Shown piece by piece: positions 21,550-28,609 of a stretch of DNA of 32,000 nt (position 1 is its first letter; each line of letters begins with the position of its first letter). Below the pieces are notes generated by a model. It did not search any database. It was given only the letters and a program-made list of their open reading frames with translations, and was not told where the DNA came from. Location: positions 3,870,001 to 3,902,000 of the forward strand of contig NC_009483.1 of assembly GCF_000016745.1 (NCBI RefSeq), given 5' to 3'. The stretch is from Geotalea uraniireducens Rf4 (GTDB taxonomy: Bacteria > Desulfobacterota > Desulfuromonadia > Geobacterales > Geobacteraceae). A program made the position numbers and the translations under genes.

Positions 21550-23193
21550 TCAAGCAAGCTTGAACTGCCCCACAAGCCGGTGCAACCCTTCCGCAAGACT
21601 TGCCAACTGGCTGGCAGCAGTAGCCGATTCCTGTGCGCCTTTGGCCGTCTCGTAAACCACTTCCGTGATCTGCTGCATATTGTTGTTGATCTCGCATGTG
21701 GTTGCGGTCTGTTCCTCGGCTGCGGTGGCAATCTGGTTCACCTGCATGGAAACCGCGTTGATCTGGTTGAGGATATCCTGGATGGCATCGCCCGATCTGG
21801 CAGCTTCAGCCGTCCCCTTCTCCACCTCCCGTACCCCGTCTTCCATGGCGGTTACCGCCCCCTTCGTCTCACCCTGGATCGCCTTGATCATTGTGCCGAT
21901 CTCCCGCGTCGCCTTGGTGGTCCGTTCTGCCAGTGCCCGCACTTCATCGGCGACCACGGCAAAGCCGCGCCCCTGTTCACCGGCCCTGGCCGCTTCAATG
22001 GCGGCATTGAGGGCCAACAGATTGGTCTGGTCGGCAATATCCTCTATGGTGCCGATGATCGCGCCGATCTGGTCGCTCCTCTCCCCCAGGCTTCCCACCG
22101 TTTGGGCCGATTCCCTCACCCGTTCGGCAATCCGGCCCATGACGTCAACGGTCGTTTCGACCACTGCCGCCCCGGTCATGGCCGAGCCATTTGCCTGCTT
22201 TGCCCCTTCGGCGGCATAGGTGCAGTTCTGGGCAATCTCGGTTGATGTTGCCGCCATCTCCTCGCTCGCAGTAGCCACGGTACCGCTCTGGGCCGCCACT
22301 TCTTCCGCGCCGGTCGCCATCTGCACAGATGAGGAATAGAGCTGGCTGGCGGCGGCTGCGACCTGGACGGTGCTTTGCGCCACCTGCGAAATGATGCCGT
22401 GCAGTTTTTCGATGAAGGTATTGAACGCCCCCCCCATCTGCCCCAGCTCGTCCGTTGATGAAACATCCAGGCGTTTCGTCAGGTCCCCTTCACCGCTCGC
22501 AATGTCGTCGAGCATGGTATTCATCGTGCGGATAGGTGTAACGATGCTCCGCCTGATCAGGAAGGTGACAAGTATTGCAAACACAATAGCGGCAAACGTC
22601 AATGTGAGAAGGGCCCTTCCCATCCGCTGATTTATAAGCGTGATTTCTTTTTCCTTCACGCGCATCTTTTCGAACGATGCCTTGCTGGCATCGGAAGTCA
22701 GGCTTTCCATGCTGCGGGCGGCATCCTTGTAAGGTCCTATGGCCTGGTTGGCCTCCTGGGTCGTCTTGATCTTCCCCTCCCGGATCATGGCCGTCACACC
22801 CTTGAATCCATTCACGTACTTTCCCATCTCGGCGCGGATGTTCCTGACCGTTTCCTTGTCTTTTTCCGGCAACTTCATTTTTTCCAGTTCGGAAAACCAC
22901 ATTTCCAGGCGTTCCCGTTTCTCATCCCATTTCTTTTCGTAATCCGCCTGTTTTTCCGCATCCCCCATGTTGATGAAGACATCCTTCTCAAAGGTGCGCA
23001 GGAACAGTACGTTTGCCCTGGCCCGGGCGAAATATTCGCCGGCCTTCGACTCCGTCTCGATCATCGACAAGGTTGTTCCGGCAATCTTTCCCGTCCCCCA
23101 GTAACCGACGGCGCCGGTCATGATCAAGAGCAGCAGCACCAGACCGAATCCCAGGCTAAGCCGCGTACCGATTTTCAGACTCTTCAACCCCAT
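21550..23193 (-). CDS. methyl-accepting chemotaxis protein
   Basis: TM-sensor-TM-HAMP organisation, then the highly conserved signalling hairpin IADQTNLLALNAAIEAARAGEQGRGFAVVADEVRALAERT. RBS GAGGAGG. Confidence 0.9.
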   Translation of the reverse strand: MGLKSLKIGTRLSLGFGLVLLLLIMTGAVGYWGTGKIAGTTLSMIETESKAGEYFARARANVLFLRTFEKDVFINMGDAEKQADYEKKWDEKRERLEMWFSELEKMKLPEKDKETVRNIRAEMGKYVNGFKGVTAMIREGKIKTTQEANQAIGPYKDAARSMESLTSDASKASFEKMRVKEKEITLINQRMGRALLTLTFAAIVFAILVTFLIRRSIVTPIRTMNTMLDDIASGEGDLTKRLDVSSTDELGQMGGAFNTFIEKLHGIISQVAQSTVQVAAAASQLYSSSVQMATGAEEVAAQSGTVATASEEMAATSTEIAQNCTYAAEGAKQANGSAMTGAAVVETTVDVMGRIAERVRESAQTVGSLGERSDQIGAIIGTIEDIADQTNLLALNAAIEAARAGEQGRGFAVVADEVRALAERTTKATREIGTMIKAIQGETKGAVTAMEDGVREVEKGTAEAARSGDAIQDILNQINAVSMQVNQIATAAEEQTATTCEINNNMQQITEVVYETAKGAQESATAASQLASLAEGLHRLVGQFKLA

Positions 23194-23378
23194 AACAAAG
23201 CCTCCTCTTTTCCATGTCTCGATGCGTGATTATGCCAGGCATCGCGACAAGCGGTTAACGTTTTCAATACAATAAAAATATCGACCATGACAAAAAATAC
23301 TTGAGCACTACTTTCGTTAACCGCGTTGCCGAAGGCTTAACGTGCGAAAAAATTTTCCGCCGGTCAAGGGGAACAAAC

Positions 23379-24341
23379 TCAGGGGATGAGGACGATCTTG
23401 CCGCAGCTGCTCGTTTCCAGCACCGCATGATGGGCGGCCGGCGCTTCGGCCAGCGTCAGCTCCCTGCTCACCACCGGCCGCAGAGTGCCGTTTGCCAGCC
23501 CTGCGCCCAAGGCTGCATGGATGCTCGCCATTTCCCGTTTCGACGCGTTGAAGAGGGACATCCCGAGAATGGAAGCGTCGCGCCCCATCGCATCGCGGGG
23601 ATCGATCTCCACCGTACCCCTGCTGCCGATGACCACCACCCGCCCGCCGTTGGCCAGTACCCGCAGATCCTTCCCCAGATTCACATTGGCAAGCATCTCC
23701 AGGAGCACATCCACGCCGTGGCCGTCGGTCAGCGCCAAGGCCTGATCCAGGTATCCGAGCGCATGGTGATCGAGGACATAATGCGCCCCCTGCTCCAGCA
23801 CCAGCAGCTTGCCCCGCTCCGTCCCCGCGGTGGCGATGACCGTCATGCCGGCGGCCCGTGCGAGCTGCACAGAGGCAATGCCGACGCCGCCGCTTGCGCC
23901 ATGGACCAGCACGACCTCGCCCGCCTTTGCCCCGGCACGATGGTAAAGCGCCCGGTAGGCGGCCGCGTAGGGGACGTTCACCCCCGCCCCCTGGGAAAAA
24001 GAGACCTGCTCCGGCAGCATGTGCACTTGCGACTCCTCGCACAACGCCTTTTCAGCGTAAGCGCCGCTTACGGTCCCGGCAGTGTAGACCCTGTCCCCGA
24101 CCTTGCAACGGCTTACCCCGCTGCCGATGGATTCCACGACGCCGGCGGCATCCAGCCCCGGCGTATAGGGCATGGTGAGTTTTACCGGATAGAGACCGGC
24201 ACGGATGTAAGTATCGACCGGGTTGACGCCGACCGCATGCACCTTCACCACGACCTGTCCGGGGCCGGGCTGCGGATCGGGAACCTCTTCCAGCCGCATC
24301 GCCTCGGGTGGACCAAACTCATGAACTTTAATCGCTTTCAT
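23379..24341 (-). CDS. NADPH:quinone oxidoreductase / MDR-family zinc-independent dehydrogenase
   Basis: MKAIKVHEFGPPE...VKVHAVGVNPVD and VLVHGASGGVG nucleotide-binding motifs. RBS AAAGGAG. Confidence 0.85.
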   Translation of the reverse strand: MKAIKVHEFGPPEAMRLEEVPDPQPGPGQVVVKVHAVGVNPVDTYIRAGLYPVKLTMPYTPGLDAAGVVESIGSGVSRCKVGDRVYTAGTVSGAYAEKALCEESQVHMLPEQVSFSQGAGVNVPYAAAYRALYHRAGAKAGEVVLVHGASGGVGIASVQLARAAGMTVIATAGTERGKLLVLEQGAHYVLDHHALGYLDQALALTDGHGVDVLLEMLANVNLGKDLRVLANGGRVVVIGSRGTVEIDPRDAMGRDASILGMSLFNASKREMASIHAALGAGLANGTLRPVVSRELTLAEAPAAHHAVLETSSCGKIVLIP

Positions 24342-24378
24342 GTTCGCTCCTTTCGTTCGTAAATTTCCTGCAGAGAAG

Positions 24379-25533
24379 CTAGACGTATGCCTTGACCCCG
24401 AGGAGATGCTCTCCGATGATCAGCTTCTGGATCTGGGACGTCCCCTCGTAGATGGTCGCAACCTTGGCGTCACGCAGATAGCGCTCCACCGGATGAGCAT
24501 TGGAATAGCCGTAGGCGCCATGCACCTGGATGGCGTCTGTGGCCGCCCGCACCGCCGCCTCGCTGGCAAAATACTTGGCCATGGAAGTTTCCAGGCTATT
24601 GGCCGCTCCCCTGTTCTTCAGCTCGCCGGCGCGAAAGACGAGGAGCCGTGCCGCAGCCAGATCAACCGCCATCCGGGCGATCATGTCCTGAACCAGCTGG
24701 AAAGAGGCAATGGAACGGCCGAACTGCTGCCTCCTCCGGGCATAGGCCACGCAGGCATCGACACAACCTTGGATGATGCCGACACAGCCGGCTGCCACGC
24801 CGTACCTGCCGTTATCCAGGGCCGACAGGGCTATCTTCAGACCGGCGCCCGTCTCCCCCAAAAGCGCATCGCCTGGGAGGAAACAGTCCCTGAAAGTGAG
24901 CGCAGCCGTGCTTGATGCCCTCAGTCCCAGCTTTCCCCTGATCTCCAGGGAGCTGAAGCCGGGCGATTTCGTATCAACGATAAAGGCGGATATCCCCTTG
25001 TTGCCTGCCGCCGGACCGGTGCGGGCGAAGACGATGGCAATGTCCGCCACTCCGCCATTGGTTATCCAGTTCTTTGTCCCGTTCAGGAGCCAGCCGTCCC
25101 CATGGGGCGTTGCCGTGGCGCCGATCCCCGCGGCGTCGCTACCAACCCCCGGTTCCGTCAGGGCAAAACAGCCGAGGATCTCACCGCGGCAAAGCCCGGG
25201 CAGATAGGACCTGCGCTGCGCCTCGCTCCCCCAGTTGAAAATCACCTGCTCTACGAGGGAAACCTGCACGGAAACGGTGGTCCTGACCGACGAGCACCCC
25301 CGGCCGATCTCTTCGAAGATCAGCCCGTCGCTGATCCAGTCCAATTCCGCCCCGCCGTATGCCCCTGGAATAGTCCCCCCCAGCAGTCCACGCGCCCCCA
25401 GCTTCCTGACGATTTCCAGGGGAAATCGTTCGTTGGCGTCGTTCTCCCTGGCAAAGGGGATGATCTCCTCCTCGGTAAAGCTGCACGCATTTTCCCGCGC
25501 CTTTTTCTGGGCAGCAGACAGTTCGAATTCCAT
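24379..25533 (-). CDS. acyl-CoA dehydrogenase
   Basis: Typical ACAD features FALTEPGVGSDA, KNWITNGG and QVHGAYGY...ERYLRDAKVATIYEGTSQIQ. It lies 37 nt upstream of the qor-like gene, so the two are probably an operon. Confidence 0.9.
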   Translation of the reverse strand: MEFELSAAQKKARENACSFTEEEIIPFARENDANERFPLEIVRKLGARGLLGGTIPGAYGGAELDWISDGLIFEEIGRGCSSVRTTVSVQVSLVEQVIFNWGSEAQRRSYLPGLCRGEILGCFALTEPGVGSDAAGIGATATPHGDGWLLNGTKNWITNGGVADIAIVFARTGPAAGNKGISAFIVDTKSPGFSSLEIRGKLGLRASSTAALTFRDCFLPGDALLGETGAGLKIALSALDNGRYGVAAGCVGIIQGCVDACVAYARRRQQFGRSIASFQLVQDMIARMAVDLAAARLLVFRAGELKNRGAANSLETSMAKYFASEAAVRAATDAIQVHGAYGYSNAHPVERYLRDAKVATIYEGTSQIQKLIIGEHLLGVKAYV

Positions 25534-25596
25534 GGTTCCTCCCGCCTGAATCGTTATTCAGCCTAGTCTTATTCTTTCGCAGCTAACCCCTCCTGT

Positions 25597-25670
25597 CCTC
25601 CCCTTAATTAAGGGGAGGGACGTGCTAAGTGAGCTGGCTGGTTTGCTCCCCCGCTTAAGATAAGAGGGGG
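25597..25670. repeat. two C/G-run palindromes in the divergent ACAD/ALDH intergenic region
   Basis: Perfect palindrome CTCCCCTTAATTAAGGGGAG at 25598-25617 (extendable to 25597-25618), and CCCCCGCTTA-aga-TAAGAGGGGG at 25648-25670 with one mismatch. Confidence 0.55.
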
Positions 25671-25823
25671 TTGGGGGGGTCCCGGTTTGCAGAATAATAA
25701 GTATAACCGCGCACGAAACATTGGCAATGCCTCACAAAACTATTAACACCTCTTCACCCATTGCATTGTCATGGCGCTCTGGTACGTTTATGGTAAAGAG
25801 AACGGCTGTGAAGGGAGACCGGT

Positions 25824-27314
25824 ATGGCGAGGAAAATCGACAATTTCATCGGTGGCGCATGGATTCCCCCGGCAGGAGGGAAGCGGTTCGCAAGCGTCAA
25901 CCCGGCCGACAACCGCGAGACCATTGCCGAGGTCTCGCTTTCGGAACGCGGCGACGTGGACCGGGCAGTGGCTGCCGCCCGGGAGGCCTTCCGCACCTGG
26001 CGCCTCATGCCGCCCCCCCGCCGGGGAGAGATTCTCTTCCGCGCCGCAGAGCTCCTTGCCGGGCGCAAGGCGGAACTGGGCGAACTGGTGACCCGCGAGA
26101 TGGGGAAGGTCCTCGCAGAAGGGCTCGGCGACGTGCAGGAAGCCATCGACATGGCCTATTACATGGCCGGAGAAGGTAGACGCTGGCAGGGGGAAACCGT
26201 TCCCTCGGAGCTCCCGGACAAGGACTGCAAAAGTGTGCGCCAACCGCTCGGGGTGGTGGCGCTGGTAACCCCCTGGAACTTCCCCACCGCCATTCCCGCC
26301 TGGAAGCTGTTCCCGGCCCTCATCTGCGGCAATACGGTGATCTTCAAGCCCTCTTCCGCAACCCCCGCTTGCGCTGCCGCAATAGTGGAGACGCTGTCAG
26401 AAGCGGGAATCCCGCCAGGCGTCGTAAACCTCGTCCATGGGCCGGGTGAAGAGATCGGCGAGTACCTCCTCACCCATCCCGGTGTCGACGCGGCATCATT
26501 CACCGGTTCCTGCGCTGCGGGTGAACGGCTGGAAGGGCTCCTGGGGAAGATGCACCGCCCGTTGGCCCTGGAAATGGGGGGGAAAAACGCCGTCATCGTC
26601 ATGGCCGATGCAGACCTATCGCTGGCCCTGGAGGGGGTGCTCTGGGGAGGCTTCGGCACCAGCGGCCAGCGCTGCACGTCAGCGAGCAGGGTAATAGTGA
26701 ACGAGCAGGTCTACGACCGTTTCGTCGAGATGCTGGTCGAAGGTGCGAAACGGCTCAGGCTGGGGAACGGGCTGCATAAGGAGACCGATGTGGGGCCGCT
26801 CATCAACGAGCAGCAGTGCAGAAAGGTCCTCGACTACATCCGCATCGGCATCGGCGAGGGTGGAGAGCTCCTCACCGGCGGCAGGCAGGTAACAGAAGGG
26901 GGGTGCGGCAATGGGTGGTTCATCGAGCCGACGGTCTTTGGCGGGGTGCGCCCGGAGATGCGCATAGCCAGGGAGGAGATCTTCGGCCCGGTGGTAAGCG
27001 TCATCAAGTGCGGCGGCTTTGCGGAGGCGGTGGAAATCGCCAACGACGTCCCCATGGGGCTTTCTTCGGCCATCTACAGCCGCGACGTCAACCTGACCGC
27101 CAGGGCCGAGCGCGATCTCCAGTCGGGAATAGTCTACATCAACGCCTCCACCATCGGTGCCGAGATCCATCTTCCCTTCGGCGGCTGGAAGCACTCCGGC
27201 TCCGGCCACCCGGAGGCGGGGGGAAGAGGAGGCGCCCTGGATTTCTACAGCCGGGTGAAGGTGATCTACCGCGATTTCAGCGGCAGACTGCAAAAGGCGC
27301 AGATCGACAAGTAA
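25824..27314 (+). CDS. NAD(P)-dependent aldehyde dehydrogenase
   Basis: ALDH family motifs VTPWNFP, LEMGGKNA and catalytic Cys in GQRCTSASR; also EEIFGPV. Confidence 0.9.
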   Translation: MARKIDNFIGGAWIPPAGGKRFASVNPADNRETIAEVSLSERGDVDRAVAAAREAFRTWRLMPPPRRGEILFRAAELLAGRKAELGELVTREMGKVLAEGLGDVQEAIDMAYYMAGEGRRWQGETVPSELPDKDCKSVRQPLGVVALVTPWNFPTAIPAWKLFPALICGNTVIFKPSSATPACAAAIVETLSEAGIPPGVVNLVHGPGEEIGEYLLTHPGVDAASFTGSCAAGERLEGLLGKMHRPLALEMGGKNAVIVMADADLSLALEGVLWGGFGTSGQRCTSASRVIVNEQVYDRFVEMLVEGAKRLRLGNGLHKETDVGPLINEQQCRKVLDYIRIGIGEGGELLTGGRQVTEGGCGNGWFIEPTVFGGVRPEMRIAREEIFGPVVSVIKCGGFAEAVEIANDVPMGLSSAIYSRDVNLTARAERDLQSGIVYINASTIGAEIHLPFGGWKHSGSGHPEAGGRGGALDFYSRVKVIYRDFSGRLQKAQIDK

Positions 27315-27330
27315 ATCTTTAAAAAGCATT

Positions 27331-27443
27331 TTGAACACGGATCAAATCCGATTTGTACGGATTTAGAAGACCAAGAAACAAAAGAAATATGCCCTTGATT
27401 TATCAGTGTAAATCCGTATAGATCCGTGTTAATCCGTGTTCAA
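27331..27443. mobile_element. core-less copy of the TTGAACACGGAT-type element
   Basis: Termini shared with 12717-12922. Contains six ACGGAT/ATCCGT motifs, including the tandem ATCCGTGTTAATCCGTGTT. It fills the gap between the convergent ALDH and PP2C genes. Confidence 0.6.
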
Positions 27444-27449
27444 CTGCCT

Positions 27450-28229
27450 TTATTGATACCCCTGAGCAGTCAGAAGAAGCGTCTCCGGCGGAGGTGGTGA
27501 AAACGGGGGGTCGGGGCGCACGAGCAGCACGGAAACGTTATCGAAGCCCCCCCTTCTGTTCGCCTCGTCCACCAAAGCGGCCGCGGCCTTGTCCAGGTCG
27601 TCCCGCTCCCTTTGCAGCACATTCTCCATGTCGCTATCGGCAAGCATGCCGGTCAGGCCGTCGGAACAGAGGAAGATGATGTCCCCCTCCTCCAGTTCCA
27701 GGATGTGGATCTCCGGGACAAGCTCGTCCGACGCCCCGACCACCTGGGTCAGGATATGCTGCGCACCCGGCGGGAGGTCCTCTTCAGCCACGTGCTCGTA
27801 CTCCATGAGGTAGGCTGCATAGTTGTCGTCTGTGGTGATCCGCCGCAGACTCTCCCGCCGGAAGAGATACACCCTGCTGTCCCCCAGGTGGCAGACGAAG
27901 GCCTGCGCCCCCTTTATCACCACCATCTCAAGGGTCGTCCCCATCCCCGCCAGGCCCGGCACTGTCATCCCTTTCTTGAACACTGTAGAATGGGCCGCGG
28001 CAAGTGCATCCGCAAGAAGCCTTGTCATCCCTCCCTTGTCTGTCCGCCCGGTGGCCTGCCGGAGAAGCTCGTAAGCGGTCCGCACCGCCAGATCGCTCGC
28101 CACCTCGCCCCCCCGCTGCCCCCCCATGCCGTCGGCGAGGAGGAATATCCCCTTCTCCGCGTCTGCGAGAACGCTGTCCTCGTTGTTTTCCCGGACCTTT
28201 CCCTTATCGCTCTTCCAGGCTGCTTTCAT
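27450..28229 (-). CDS. PP2C-family Ser/Thr protein phosphatase
   Basis: [27 protein letters not shown] and LCSDGLT motifs. ATG 28229 is chosen over the long track ORF, whose N-terminal extension is arginine/cysteine-rich junk. Confidence 0.85.
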   Translation of the reverse strand: MKAAWKSDKGKVRENNEDSVLADAEKGIFLLADGMGGQRGGEVASDLAVRTAYELLRQATGRTDKGGMTRLLADALAAAHSTVFKKGMTVPGLAGMGTTLEMVVIKGAQAFVCHLGDSRVYLFRRESLRRITTDDNYAAYLMEYEHVAEEDLPPGAQHILTQVVGASDELVPEIHILELEEGDIIFLCSDGLTGMLADSDMENVLQRERDDLDKAAAALVDEANRRGGFDNVSVLLVRPDPPFSPPPPETLLLTAQGYQ

Positions 28230-28382
28230 AGTCTTATCCGCTGCATGATCTTGATGACAACGTCTGCGACATAAATTATAGCAAACATAAGCCGATTGTC
28301 GCTGGACGGCGTCACAGGATTTGCGGGGTTTCCGGGACATCGGCCCATGAAAGCGTGCGGAGAACCTTGCCGACAACATTGG

Positions 28383-28410
28383 TTGAATTTAACCACAAGC
28401 CGGTTATACT
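28383..28410 (+). promoter_or_regulatory. sigma70-type promoter of the riboswitch-subtilase transcript
   Basis: TTGAAT (28383-28388), N16, TATACT (28405-28410), about 25 nt upstream of the aptamer. Confidence 0.5.
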
Positions 28411-28434
28411 TGACTCAAACATTTTTCCCCAGGC

Positions 28435-28519
28435 GATAGACGACAAGGCTCAACCATTCGTGAGAATGGGGCGGAAAGCCCATCGGGTCTCCACGAGACA
28501 GCCGGGTTACCGAAATATC
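28435..28519 (+). promoter_or_regulatory. c-di-GMP-I (GEMM-I) riboswitch aptamer
   Basis: ACAAGGCUCAA-CCAUUC-GUGA-GAAUGG-GGCGGAAAGCC-CAUCGGGUCUCCACGAGACAGCCGGGUUACCGAAAU aligns by eye with the Vc2 aptamer, sharing the GNRA-capped P1b, the AAAGCC junction and the GGGUUACCGA 3' strand. A C:G pair replaces Vc2 G21:C46. Confidence 0.75.
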
Positions 28520-28609
28520 CCACAGGATACGAGGCCCCGGTTTTTTTGCGTTCAGATGCAAAAACCGGGAACGGCATCTCACGGGCAAGAGGGCAAAGGA
28601 GAGGAGAAA

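Noticed and set aside
23225-23250. Sigma54-type promoter (CTGGCATAATCACGC) upstream of the MCP, and TGGTACGTTTATGGT at 25779-25793
   Set aside because: The GG-to-GC spacing is one nucleotide short in the first, and the second lacks the -12 GC. Neither fits TGGCAC-N5-TTGC.
28355-28609. 85-codon N-terminal extension of the subtilase ORF, and similarly 28230-28379 for the PP2C gene
   Set aside because: The extension would translate the promoter and the GEMM-I aptamer. A strong RBS plus a signal peptide begin at 28610. The PP2C extension is Cys/Arg-rich with no RBS, and the family-typical N-terminus starts at 28229.
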